A stretch of 64,000 bases of DNA. Origin: Bacteroidales bacterium (lineage in GTDB: Bacteria; Bacteroidota; Bacteroidia; Bacteroidales; UBA932). A model generated the notes under the pieces. The model saw nothing but the letters and a program-made list of their open reading frames with translations, had not been told where the DNA came from and searched no databases. Every line of letters starts with the position of its first letter. The first letter of the stretch is position 1. Shown here piece after piece: positions 27,854 to 38,600 of the stretch. The translations under genes and the position numbers were made by a program. The stretch lies in contig JAFRXI010000018.1 in assembly GCA_017437755.1 (NCBI GenBank), positions 24,325 through 88,324 of the forward strand, given 5' to 3'.

Positions 27854-29610
27854 TTCCTTACAAATATATACAATCCCGGTTTCAGTTTGAAATTCCCGGT
27901 CCCTTCGTATGACGATATCTCCGTCCTGTTCCCGTCCCTGTCCACCGAATACAGGATGCCGGGGGCGTCCTTCCAGCGGTCAAGGCCTATCGACAAGGTG
28001 TTTTCCACGGTGGTTACAAGCTCCGTCACGGTGGTCTGATAATCCGGTTTGAAGAACCTGTCGCCCTTTATCACGATGTCGGGCATAAGGTTGATGAGAA
28101 GGCCGGAGTCGGTCTCGTCGATAAAGTAAATCCCTGATCCCGAGTATGTTACCAGGGGAGAGCTGCCAAGGCCACTGATGTGCTTGACTCCGGCGGAAGG
28201 CTTTATCCCGCTCCATCCCGACAGGGTCTCGCCCGAGGTACAGTAGTATTCCCCGTCGGAATACACTGCGGCGTTGTGCTGCTTGGAGATGCACCACCCG
28301 TCGCCGGACATCTCATCCGAAACCGTGATCGGGAAATCCGGTTTTGTGCTGTGGAAAATCCGGCTTGCGACCATGAACGACGCGGCTTTTGCCGGAGTGC
28401 AGCGGAGGTTGAGGAAGTGCGACCCGCCGAACAGCGGGGCGATTTCGGCGAAGGTATAGGTCCACATCGTGGCTGCCTGGCCGCCCAGGGCCTTGATATA
28501 CAGTGCCTGGACGGGATAAAGGTAGCCGCTCTGGTTGAAGAAGGTCTCGAATTCATAGGCCACCTTGGCCTTTGAGGCAAAGGTCTTGGTCCTGGCCCAT
28601 CCGTAACCGTCTTCCAGGGAGAAATACTTGTTGAACCAGTCGCTGAAGCTCCGGTCGGTGAAGTCGTACCGGTAGTTTGAGTAGTTCCGTTCCACGTAAT
28701 CCTGCCCCGGATAGTTGCAGAACGAGACGATCTCCGCCTTGGACCGGACCACGCCGTCGAACAGGTCCTTGTTGTCACGGCGGAAGCGGTGCCAGTTGAG
28801 ACCCCAGCATACGGGGTGGCCGTCGCCCGCGTCCCGGAGGGTTTTGACCATGCCGTCGATATATGAGCGGACGGTCTCCGTCCTGTAGGCGGCATAGTTT
28901 GCGGCGGTGTCGTCCTTGCCGGCCTTTTGCAGCCAGGACTTGTAGGCGGGGGCGTATCCCGAGTCGGAAATTTCTGAATATGAATACATTTCAGGCTCGT
29001 TGACCAGTTCCCAGAAAACTATTGACTTATTGTCCTTGTAGGCGATTCCGTTGCAGGGATTCACCCTTTTAACAAGCTGGGAGATATAATTGGCGGTGCA
29101 TCGGACCACATCCGGGTCATGGATCCATGTCTCGGCACCCTTCCCGGCCCATTCGGCTCCGGGACCCTTCTGCCCCATGTGGTTCAGGAAGGCGAAGCAC
29201 AGGCTGATTCCCTTTTCCCCGGCCCTTGCCACCAGGTAGTCGAGGGCGTGGAGGTATGCCGTTTCCGTAAGATTGCCCTTGGCATCGGTGAAATCGGCAG
29301 GGGTGAGGTGGCAGCGGAGAAGGTTGGCACCGAGCCGGACGACATCGTCCAGATTGTTGTCCGTCACGGCGTTAAGACCCTGTTCTGTTTTCTGTACTCC
29401 GGCCTTTCCAAGCCGGTTGGCCTCCCAGGACAGGGGAGTCTGGAAGTTCACGCCCCATAACGAGAGGGGCTTGCCTTCCGGATTATACAGCACCCCGTCC
29501 TTTACATGGCAGAAGCCGCTGGCCGACGTTTCGCCGGCGATTGTTTCACTGTCCCTGCTGCACGACAGAACCGCCAGGCAGAGGACGGCCGTGGTAAAGA
29601 ATCTATTCAT
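27850..29610 (-). CDS. GH5-like (clan GH-A) glycoside hydrolase lipoprotein
   Basis: Lipobox VLSC; LWGVNF, LRCHL, WELVNEP, AYEFE. Confidence 0.7.
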   Translation of the reverse strand: MNRFFTTAVLCLAVLSCSRDSETIAGETSASGFCHVKDGVLYNPEGKPLSLWGVNFQTPLSWEANRLGKAGVQKTEQGLNAVTDNNLDDVVRLGANLLRCHLTPADFTDAKGNLTETAYLHALDYLVARAGEKGISLCFAFLNHMGQKGPGAEWAGKGAETWIHDPDVVRCTANYISQLVKRVNPCNGIAYKDNKSIVFWELVNEPEMYSYSEISDSGYAPAYKSWLQKAGKDDTAANYAAYRTETVRSYIDGMVKTLRDAGDGHPVCWGLNWHRFRRDNKDLFDGVVRSKAEIVSFCNYPGQDYVERNYSNYRYDFTDRSFSDWFNKYFSLEDGYGWARTKTFASKAKVAYEFETFFNQSGYLYPVQALYIKALGGQAATMWTYTFAEIAPLFGGSHFLNLRCTPAKAASFMVASRIFHSTKPDFPITVSDEMSGDGWCISKQHNAAVYSDGEYYCTSGETLSGWSGIKPSAGVKHISGLGSSPLVTYSGSGIYFIDETDSGLLINLMPDIVIKGDRFFKPDYQTTVTELVTTVENTLSIGLDRWKDAPGILYSVDRDGNRTEISSYEGTGNFKLKPGLYIFVRK

Positions 29611-30970
29611 TGTATCTGATGGTTTTAACCTCGAATCCTTTAAGAGTGGTCTCAATTTCCTTCCCGTCGACGGTAATCACGACGTTATGGGTGGAGCCGT
29701 GTTTGTTGATCAGCATCATATCGTGTTCGCCGGCAAGGGTTTCCACCCATTCCGACGAGGAAACGGATTCGACTATCCTGGTTCCCCTGGGGAAGAAATC
29801 CCTGAATGCCTTGAAAACATAGAACGACGGCAGCGGCTGGGCCCCGTCTTCGGAATCGGTGTGAGTATACAGGCCTTCGGGTGCAATCTGTTCTGTGTCG
29901 GTACTTTCGCTCCCTTCGTCCTCGGGCTGCCACTTGTCCACGTAGGCGGCCCCGCCGAGCAGGTGCCACCGGAACATGGAGGCAAGTCCGGCCGCCTCCA
30001 CCTCCACCGGGTAATGCCCCTTGAGGCATTGGTTGTCAACCACCCATACCGGAACATCGCTGAACCTTTCCTCAAGGAGCTCCCTTAACTGTTTGTGAAC
30101 CACTCCGTTGAAGGAGGTGTAACTGAGGACCTGGTTCCTGCCGTAAGGTGTTTTGTCGGCATTTTCCATGAGGTTGCGGTCTATGCTGAAAAAATCCAGG
30201 GCCACGGCGTTTTGGATGAACGCTTCAAGCGCTTTCCGGTCGGAACTGCTGATGCTTCCGTCAAACAGCGACATGTCCTTCCCCTTGGGCGATGATTCTA
30301 TATGCATGAAGGGTCCTCCCACAAGGACGTCCGGGTTGGCCTGCTTGATGGCGGCATAAACCTTATTGTAAAGCACTGCGTAGTCTTCAAGTTCCCATCT
30401 GCCAAGGTCATGTGACCAGTATCCGCGGGTTTCACTCCAAACGTTGACTGCGTAGATATCAAGACCTTCCGATTTGAAATGCCGTATGAAATCGGCGGCC
30501 ATGAGGGCGAATTCGTCATACATGTCCACCCGCGGTGCGGCATCTTTCCCCTTTGACGGATCGTCCCGCCTCATCCATTCCGGACAGCGGCAGAAGGTGA
30601 GCACCACTTTCTTTCCGAGCCTCCGAATGAGGCGGACCCTCTTGTCGAGGTTGGTGAAATTGTAATTACCCTTTGACGGACAGGTGTTTCCGGCACCCCA
30701 GTCCATGGTGAACTGCCCGATGCAGTCAACGGCCTGGCCGAGGAGGTTTTCGGCCCTTGCCACGGCTTCAGTGTTCTTGGGATAATTGAATGTCTTGTGG
30801 GTGAGGGTGGTACCGAGTTCGAGCGAGGACACCAGTACTGTGCGGGAAGGAAATACCTCCACCTTCACCGGCGGGATTGCGTTCCCGGCATCATGGCCGC
30901 CGTCGTTTCCCTTGGCCCCGCACGACAGTGCGAGGAGCGGAAGCAGTAATGCGGCTATAATCCTTTTCAT
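29603..30970 (-). CDS. GH39-like (clan GH-A) lipoprotein with atypical catalytic motifs
   Basis: Lipobox ALSC; YNFTNLDKRV, TFCRCPEWM, NVWSETRGYW, YAAIKQANPDVLVGGP; -7 box TATTTTTG at 30998-30991. Confidence 0.65.
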   Translation of the reverse strand: MKRIIAALLLPLLALSCGAKGNDGGHDAGNAIPPVKVEVFPSRTVLVSSLELGTTLTHKTFNYPKNTEAVARAENLLGQAVDCIGQFTMDWGAGNTCPSKGNYNFTNLDKRVRLIRRLGKKVVLTFCRCPEWMRRDDPSKGKDAAPRVDMYDEFALMAADFIRHFKSEGLDIYAVNVWSETRGYWSHDLGRWELEDYAVLYNKVYAAIKQANPDVLVGGPFMHIESSPKGKDMSLFDGSISSSDRKALEAFIQNAVALDFFSIDRNLMENADKTPYGRNQVLSYTSFNGVVHKQLRELLEERFSDVPVWVVDNQCLKGHYPVEVEAAGLASMFRWHLLGGAAYVDKWQPEDEGSESTDTEQIAPEGLYTHTDSEDGAQPLPSFYVFKAFRDFFPRGTRIVESVSSSEWVETLAGEHDMMLINKHGSTHNVVITVDGKEIETTLKGFEVKTIRYNE

Positions 30971-31024
30971 CCCGGGTAGTAAATCTATGGCAAAAATAAA
31001 TATCGTATCGGCTATTTCGTGCCC

Positions 31025-31071
31025 CAAATCTTTCATAAGTCGGTTAATTTTTAAGTATTCTGAAAGATTTG
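31025..31071. promoter_or_regulatory. Perfect 11-bp inverted repeat in the PUL2 divergent promoter
   Basis: CAAATCTTTCA-N25-TGAAAGATTTG lies between -7 boxes at 30998-30991 (-) and 31119-31126 (+). Confidence 0.55.
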
Positions 31072-31146
31072 AGGTAATAATTATAAAAAAACTACAATAA
31101 TTTCTTTGTGTCACTGGATAATTTTGTAAAAGACAAATATCATAAA

Positions 31147-33132
31147 ATGAAGAAAAGGATATTATCTGCTTTTTTCTGCCTTTTTCTCGGCCTGGTTTCG
31201 AGGGCCGGGGTCCCTTCCGTAGGCGCCCAGGTTTTCATCGAGCCGGGCCAGAGTCCCGGGCAGATCGATTCGTGGTTCTCAACCCTTGAGGACTGCGGAT
31301 TCAAGTTTGCGAGGATAAGGATGTTCGGGACCCACATGCTGCGTGACGGAAAGTGGGATTTCTCCCTTTACGACGAGGCTTTCGCTTCGGCCGAAAGGCA
31401 TGGCATCAAGGTGTTTGCCACCCTTTTCCCTACTACCGACGAGCTTTCCGACGTGGGGGGATTCAAGTTTCCCCATGACAGGAAGCTGCTTGGGGAGGTC
31501 GCGGAGTACATCGACGCCGTGGTGGGGCATTTCAGCGGTTCTCCGGCCCTTTGCGAGTGGGTCCTGCAGAATGAACCCGGAACCGGAAGGCTGTCGGTGG
31601 CCGAGACCCCTCTTTCGGCCGAAATCCGCAGGGAGTGGGAAGCGTCCAGGCCGCAGAAGGAGCGTACCGGCTATCTGGAAGCCGATTATTCCGACCAGGA
31701 GTTCCTCCGGTACTATACCTGCCGTTACCTGGGATGGATAGCGGAAAGGGTGAAAGCCCTGGATCCGGTCCACGGAAGGCACATCAACCCCCATCAGATC
31801 CTGGATACCCTGCCGGAGTATGACTTCGAGGGTCTTCGTGGAACCATTACATCCCTGGGGTCGTCGATGCATTTCTCATGGCATTTCCAGGATTTCCGGA
31901 GGGATCAGTATCCGCTGGGGATATCGCTCATGGCTGACCTCATTGCGACCAACAGCCTGGGCCTGCCATACTGGGTTACCGAATTCCAGGGCGGAAACGT
32001 CACCGCCAGCGGGAACGAGGTCCTGTGCCCCACGGCCAGCGAGGTGACCCAGAGCATCTGGACTGCCGTGGGTGCCGGGGTCAGCGGCTTCATGTTCTGG
32101 ACCCTCAACCAGAGGAAGGCTGTGAGGGAAGCCGGTGAATGGGGACTCCTGAATTATTCCGGAAAGCCTTCGGACAGGATGGAAGCTGCCTCGGAAGTGG
32201 CCGGATGCATTGCCGGGAACGAAGCCCTTTTTACAGGTGCAACTCCCGTACATTCAAATATTTACCTGCTCTACAACGACGAATCCCTTTGGATACAGAA
32301 ACTGAATGCTGCGGCACAGAGGGATCCGGTCAACGATGGCCGTGGCAAGGGTGCGGTCATGGCTTCACTGGCTTCGGCCTACGGGGCTCTCTGCAGCCTT
32401 GGAACGGTTCCGGAAATAGTCAGGATGGACCGCTTTGACTGGTCTTCCCCTCAGGGAAAGGTGGTGATCATGCCGCATACGGTCTGCATCCCGCAGGAGT
32501 TCTACCCCCGTATCCGTTCTTTCGTGGAAGAAGGGGGCATCCTCATCGCCACCGGGCTTACCGGATATTACGACAGGTCCATGGCATGCGCGTTCATGGA
32601 CGGCTGGCCCCTTGCCGGAGTTTTCGGAGCCGGCCTTGAGGAGATCAAGGCGTCCGGAGATTATTTCCCCCTTCCGCCGGTCGGGGGCGTCCGGCTCACG
32701 TCCCATCTGTGGAAAGGCTTTATCCGGCCAGAAGGGGCGAAGGTCATCTCCGGTGACCGCGACGGAGTGTATGCGACTGAGTATCAGCTTGGCAAGGGGA
32801 AGGCAATCTGGCTTCCCTCGGCAATCGACCTGGGTTGCCGCAATCATGACGAAAAGGCCCTGGCAGCCTTCTATAATACCCTGGTTTCCGGTTTGTCCAC
32901 CTCTCCGGTTCGGTTCTCGAAGCCCCGGGAGGGAATCCTGATGAGAACAATGGAAAGCGGGGATAAGATAATTACGGTCCTGGTAAACAAGAGCGGCCGG
33001 AACTCATGCGTCCGCCTCAAGACTTCGTGCACCGGCCCCCGTGTCCTGTTCAGGGACGGCCGTGGATCGGTAAGGGGACGGCGCGTGAGGCTGGGCTCCG
33101 AGGCGACCATGGTCATCGAATGGAATAATTAA
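31147..33132 (+). CDS. GH164-like beta-mannosidase (GH42-like fold with trimerisation domain)
   Basis: GAQVFIEPGQ, RIRMF, GGFKFP, WVLQNEPG, WVTEFQGGN and EAGEW resemble Bacteroides GH164 as recalled; not searched. Confidence 0.75.
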   Translation: MKKRILSAFFCLFLGLVSRAGVPSVGAQVFIEPGQSPGQIDSWFSTLEDCGFKFARIRMFGTHMLRDGKWDFSLYDEAFASAERHGIKVFATLFPTTDELSDVGGFKFPHDRKLLGEVAEYIDAVVGHFSGSPALCEWVLQNEPGTGRLSVAETPLSAEIRREWEASRPQKERTGYLEADYSDQEFLRYYTCRYLGWIAERVKALDPVHGRHINPHQILDTLPEYDFEGLRGTITSLGSSMHFSWHFQDFRRDQYPLGISLMADLIATNSLGLPYWVTEFQGGNVTASGNEVLCPTASEVTQSIWTAVGAGVSGFMFWTLNQRKAVREAGEWGLLNYSGKPSDRMEAASEVAGCIAGNEALFTGATPVHSNIYLLYNDESLWIQKLNAAAQRDPVNDGRGKGAVMASLASAYGALCSLGTVPEIVRMDRFDWSSPQGKVVIMPHTVCIPQEFYPRIRSFVEEGGILIATGLTGYYDRSMACAFMDGWPLAGVFGAGLEEIKASGDYFPLPPVGGVRLTSHLWKGFIRPEGAKVISGDRDGVYATEYQLGKGKAIWLPSAIDLGCRNHDEKALAAFYNTLVSGLSTSPVRFSKPREGILMRTMESGDKIITVLVNKSGRNSCVRLKTSCTGPRVLFRDGRGSVRGRRVRLGSEATMVIEWNN

Positions 33133-33152
33133 CTATTAACCAATATCCTGAA

Positions 33153-35630
33153 ATGAAACAAAAATTTGCCATTCTTACCAGATCATTGGCGGCAGTCTGC
33201 CTGACGGGCTTTACGGCCTTTTGGGCGGGCGCCCAAAATGATTCGGTCAGGGAAATGATTGCCGGAGAGTTTGCCGGTGTTCAGGTCCTTTCGGATGACG
33301 GGGCCCCCGGCGCGGCGTTTTCCTTAAGGATACGCGGGGTGAGGAGCCTCAGGGGTGATACCCAGCCCCTTTACGTCCTGGACGGGGTCATCCTCAATCC
33401 GGCCACCTGGGACGCCGACAAGACCTTCTGGTCCGATCCTCAAGATTATCAGGCACTTCAGAGCACCCTGGACGCTATCAATCCGGCGGACATCGAGGAT
33501 ATAAAGATCCTGAAGGATGCCGCGGCCACCGCCTTGTACGGCAGCATGGGAGGTAACGGCGTGGTGGTTATCACCACCAAGCACGGAAAGGCCCTCAGCC
33601 GCACGGCGCAGTGGCGTTCGATCTTGAAGCTGAATGAAAAGATGCGGTTCTCGCACAGTCATCATGCCTCCGTCGGAGGCGGCGCGGCCAAGAGCACTTA
33701 CTATGTGTCGGCCGGCTATTCCGACGAAAACGGTACCCTCAAGGGGAGTTCGCTGGACGTGGCCACAGTCAATGCCAAATTCGACCAGATGGTCCTCAAG
33801 GACGGTTCGTTCGGGGTTTCCCTTTCATTTGGAATGAGGAACAACGACATGGTGATGGCCACCTCTCCCCTCGGAAGCAACAGTGCGGTAAAAGCCGCAT
33901 GGGACGTGCATCCGGTACAGTATGAAGACCAGGCTGCCTGGCTTTCCGCATACGACGACCACAGCACCCAGTACTCGGTATCGCCGGGTTTCCATGCCGA
34001 CATACCGATAGTGGCCGGTCTCCGTTTCAAGGCGGAGGGCGGTCTTGACTTCAGGAACAAGACGCGCTACCGCTGGGTCGGGTCCGCCCTTGACAGGGCC
34101 GCTGCCATCCAGGGCGAGGCGGGGCAGTCCAACGCGACCCTGCTCCGTTTCAACGCCGACGCCTCCCTTGCCTACAACCTCTCGGCCAGCGGCCACAAGG
34201 TTGACATCTACGCCGGGGGAGGCATCTACGGAAATACTTTCAACGAGTACATCTACGAAGGCCAGACCTTCTTCAGCCAGGACCTCCGTGCGCCCGGAAT
34301 CAGCATCGCGGAAAAGGTCGCCCCTTACCGTCACACAAGCAGGGAAGCCCTTACCACGGCCGTCTTTGCCGGTGCTTCCTACAGCTACAGTGACCGCTAT
34401 TTCATAGGCGGTTCGGTGAGGGTTGAGCACCTTTCAAAGTTCGATCCCAAATTCGTGGGCGGAATATTCCCCTCGGCGTATGCCGCATGGGACCTTGCCA
34501 AGGAAGGATTCATGGAGTCTCAGAACGTGCTGAGCACCCTGAAACTGAGGGGGGCATGGGGAAAGAGCGGCTCGCAGGAAGTGCTGCCTTACGGCTATAC
34601 TCCATATTATATCACGGGTGTGGCGCCGGAATTCACCGTGGACGGCCTTTCCAACTATTATGACCTCAGATGGAGGAACCTGGGCACCCAGATCGACGCC
34701 GGGGTGGACCTCGGCTTCCTTGACGACAGGATCAAGGCTTCGGTAAACCTTTACCGGAACATCTCCACCGACAACATGGAATACTATTACCATGAGCTCA
34801 AGGGAGAATATGAAAGCGTCTATTCCAATTCGGCTTCGGTCCGGAACATGGGCGTGGAACTCTCCCTGGACGCCAGGGTGATCGACCGCGAGTCGGTGCA
34901 GTGGAGCCTGGGCGGCAATTTCTCGTTCAACCAGAACCGGGTGCTTTCAACGGGCTGCGAAGGCGACCTCATGGGTACGTCCGTGGGTGTTTGGAACGAC
35001 GGCGGCCTGACAGCTACCGTGAACCGGGAAGGAGAGAGCGTGGGCTCGTTCTACGGATACAAGTCACAGGGAACCGTAGGCAAGGAGCACACCCTGCTGA
35101 CCCCGATGTACCAGGGTGGAAGACAGGGAATCGGCGACGTGAAATTCATTGACATTACTGGTGACGGAAACGTCACCGAAGAGGACCTTACGGTGATAGG
35201 ACACCCTCTGCCGCGTTTCCTTGCAGGGTTCAATACCTGCCTGAAGGTAAAGGGCTTCACATTCAGGGCCGCGCTTGACGGAGCCTTCGGGTTTGACGTG
35301 GTGAACCTCCGGAAGTTCTACTCCGATCCCGACGTGGACATGTCGGCTTGCAGGGGTGCGGACGTCTTTTCGTCGAGGCTGGTTGAGAACGCAAGCTACG
35401 TGAGGCTTTCCAACCTTTCCCTCTCCTATGACATTCCCGTAGACCGGGTTAAGTTCCTGCAGGCCTTGACAGTTTTCCTGCAGGGAGGCAACCTGCTCAC
35501 CGTCACTTCCTATTCCGGCAAGGCCCCGTACGTCAATTCGTACGGCTTTGACATCACCAGGCCGGGCTTTGACAACGGAGCATATCCGGCCTACAGGAGT
35601 TTTCTGCTTGGTTTGACCGTGAGGTTTTAA
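33153..35630 (+). CDS. Shortened SusC-like TonB-dependent receptor lacking the N-terminal domain and TonB-box region
   Basis: Signal peptide directly followed by plug motifs AGVQV, IRG, PLYVLDG, ILKDAAATALYGS; C-terminal Phe; 825 aa. Confidence 0.9.
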   Translation: MKQKFAILTRSLAAVCLTGFTAFWAGAQNDSVREMIAGEFAGVQVLSDDGAPGAAFSLRIRGVRSLRGDTQPLYVLDGVILNPATWDADKTFWSDPQDYQALQSTLDAINPADIEDIKILKDAAATALYGSMGGNGVVVITTKHGKALSRTAQWRSILKLNEKMRFSHSHHASVGGGAAKSTYYVSAGYSDENGTLKGSSLDVATVNAKFDQMVLKDGSFGVSLSFGMRNNDMVMATSPLGSNSAVKAAWDVHPVQYEDQAAWLSAYDDHSTQYSVSPGFHADIPIVAGLRFKAEGGLDFRNKTRYRWVGSALDRAAAIQGEAGQSNATLLRFNADASLAYNLSASGHKVDIYAGGGIYGNTFNEYIYEGQTFFSQDLRAPGISIAEKVAPYRHTSREALTTAVFAGASYSYSDRYFIGGSVRVEHLSKFDPKFVGGIFPSAYAAWDLAKEGFMESQNVLSTLKLRGAWGKSGSQEVLPYGYTPYYITGVAPEFTVDGLSNYYDLRWRNLGTQIDAGVDLGFLDDRIKASVNLYRNISTDNMEYYYHELKGEYESVYSNSASVRNMGVELSLDARVIDRESVQWSLGGNFSFNQNRVLSTGCEGDLMGTSVGVWNDGGLTATVNREGESVGSFYGYKSQGTVGKEHTLLTPMYQGGRQGIGDVKFIDITGDGNVTEEDLTVIGHPLPRFLAGFNTCLKVKGFTFRAALDGAFGFDVVNLRKFYSDPDVDMSACRGADVFSSRLVENASYVRLSNLSLSYDIPVDRVKFLQALTVFLQGGNLLTVTSYSGKAPYVNSYGFDITRPGFDNGAYPAYRSFLLGLTVRF

Positions 35631-35642
35631 ATAGAGAGAGTT

Positions 35643-38600
35643 ATGAAGAACAATATATTCATAAAGACCATTTGTCTGATTCTCTTACTGGCGATGACGG
35701 CCTTGCCTTCATCCGCGCAGGGACGCCATTCCATATCGGGAAAGGTCGTTGACGGGAGTTCCGCTCCGGTGTGGGGCGCAACCGTTTCCGTCAAGGGAAC
35801 CACAACCGGGGCCATTACCGGTCAGGACGGCTCTTTCACCCTTGATACCGGACGGGAGGGCAACGTGGAGATCGAGGTTCAGTGCCTTGGTTATAATTCG
35901 GTGAGCCAGACCGTTGCTTCGGGCACGAAAGGACTTGTGTTTGTTGTGGAGGAATCAACCGAATTCCTGGAGGATGCCGTGGTCATAGGCTACGGTACCG
36001 TAAGGAAAAGCGACATGACGGGCTCCGTTTCGTCGGTGAAGATCGACGAGGTCCAGGCCGCCCAGGCGGTTTCATTCGACAAACTGCTCCAGGGAAGGGC
36101 AGCCGGTGTGCAAGTCACTACCGGAAGTGCCGCCCCTGGCGGAGCCGTCAGCATAAAGATTCGCGGAACCAGCACCTTCAACGGCACCAGCGAGCCCCTT
36201 TACGTGGTTGACGGAATAATCCTCAACCCGGCCTCGCAGGACGTGTCAAACCCCATCGGGTCCACCGGACAGGAGAGCCAGAACGCCCTCACTTCCATCA
36301 ACCCCAACGATATTGCCAGCATGGAGATCCTGAAGGATGCCTCCGCAACGGCCATCTACGGTTCAATGGGCGCCAACGGTGTTGTGCTTATCACCACAAA
36401 ATCAGGTACTTCCAGCAAGCCGCAGATCAGTTTCAGCAGTAATGTGGAGATAAGCCAGGCCTACAAGAAGATCCGCCTCCTCAATTTTGAGGAATTCAAG
36501 GAATACGCCGGCGCCGTGGGCTACACGGTCAAGGATCCCGACTATCTTACTCCGATGGACTGGCAGGACTACACCTTGAGGACGGCCGTCAGCACCAACA
36601 ACCGCGTTACGGTGAGCGGCAAGAGCAAGGAAACCAATTACTACCTTGCCGTGGGCTTCCTGAACAACCAGGGTATCCTCAAGAACACCGGCGTGAGCCA
36701 GGGCGACCTCAGGATGAACATCGACCAGAAGGTGGGTTCCCGCCTGAAGGTGGGCCTCAGGACCTCGCTCGTAAGCCGTGGCAACACGATGACCCAGGGT
36801 ACCGAACCCGGAGGAACGCAGAACGCCACCAGGGCCACCAACATGCTCCGGCAGATGCTGGGTTCAAAGCCTTACCTCATCAACGAAGGGGCCGAGGATT
36901 TTGAGGAGGACGCCCTGAGGGGAACCGACATCTGGCTCAAGAACTACGACGACAAGGCCCGGGAATACAGGGCCAACGTGGCGGCCTACGCCGACGTCAA
37001 GATACTCGAAGAACTGTCGTTCAAGAGCACTTTCGGCGTGGACTACCGTTTCAAGGAGAGGACCAGGTGGTACGGCGACAAGATAGACAACGCCCGCAAC
37101 GGCCGCGGCGGTTATTCAAGTCTCAACGCCTTCCGGTACAACTGGGATAACGTCCTTTCCTGGAACAGGAAGTTCGGGCGTCATCACAGGCTGAATGCAA
37201 CTGCCGGTATGTCAACCACTTATTACTCGGTTCACAATCACACGGTGGATGCGCAGGACTTCCCGGACCACGGGTTCAGGGCCGCCGGCATCTACATGGC
37301 AAAGACGCAGTCGCCGTATTATTCGGAAGAGGAGAGTTCGCTGCTGTCGTTCTTCGTCCGCGGCATCTACAGCTACCGCGACCGGTATATCCTCACTGCA
37401 ACGTTCCGTGCCGATGGTTCCAGCAAATTCTCCAAGTCGAACAGGTTCAGTTACTTCCCGTCCTTCGCCTTTGCCTGGAACGTGAAGAAGGAAGGGTTCA
37501 TGAAGAACGTTGATGCGATCTCCGCACTGAAGCTCAGGCTCGGATGGGGACTCGTGGGCAACCAGGGTGTGTCGCCCTATCAGACGCTCACCGTCTACAA
37601 CAGCATCTGGATGGCTTCGCCCACAAGCGATTATACGGCAAATCCCAACGGGGAGTACCTCATTGGAATCAAGCCGTCCCTGATGTCCAACAGCGCCCTC
37701 AAGTGGGAGACGACCGAGCAGTACAACATCGGCCTTGACCTGAGCATGTTCCACGACAGGCTCAACCTCACTGCCGACCTTTACCAGAAATACACCAAGG
37801 ACCTCCTGCAGTCCATCTCGATCCCGCCCAGCACCGGTTTCTCCTCCATGTGGGTAAACCGCGGCGAGATCGACAACAAGGGACTTGAGATATCGGTTGA
37901 CGGTATTCCCGTGGACACCAGGGATTTCTCCTGGACCATCGGCGGCAACATCTCCTTCAACAGGAACAAGATCGCCGACATCGGAATCCCCGAGGCCGAG
38001 TGGGGCGCCCTCTACGGGTCGGCCTTCCTCGGATCGGATATCGGGAACGACGCCACCTATTTCAAGATGCCGGCCAATATCTATATGAAAGACCAGCCGT
38101 TCGGAATGTTCTACGGCTTCAAGACCGACGGCCTGGTGCAGCAGTCCGACATCGACGCCGGCAACCTTCCCACCTACAGGGGAGTGGCGTTCAAGCCCGG
38201 CGATGTCAAATATCTGGACACCAACAAAGACGGCGACATCACCGACCTCGACAAGACTATAATCGGCAACCCCAACCCCAAGTTCACTTACGGGTTCAAC
38301 ACCTCGTTCATCTACAGGAACTGGACCCTCTCGGCAACGTTCTACGGGGTTTACGGGAACCAGATCGTCAACGGCAACCTTATGCAGGAGAACGATACCA
38401 ATCCCGCCAATCCGGGACAGAACATCAACAACATAAGGGCCGACGCATTCTACAAGGCCTGGACCGAGGACAATACCGACACGTGGTATCCCCGCCTCCG
38501 GAGCACCACCAAGGTGGGAGAGTTCACCGACAGGCTCATCGAGGACGGAAGCTATCTGAGGATATCGAGCGTCTCGCTCGGCTATTCCCTCTCATTTGAA

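Noticed and set aside
33153-35630. Short susC as a pseudogene
   Set aside because: Uninterrupted frame, signal peptide, conserved plug motifs and terminal Phe; the deletions are in-frame and loop-specific.
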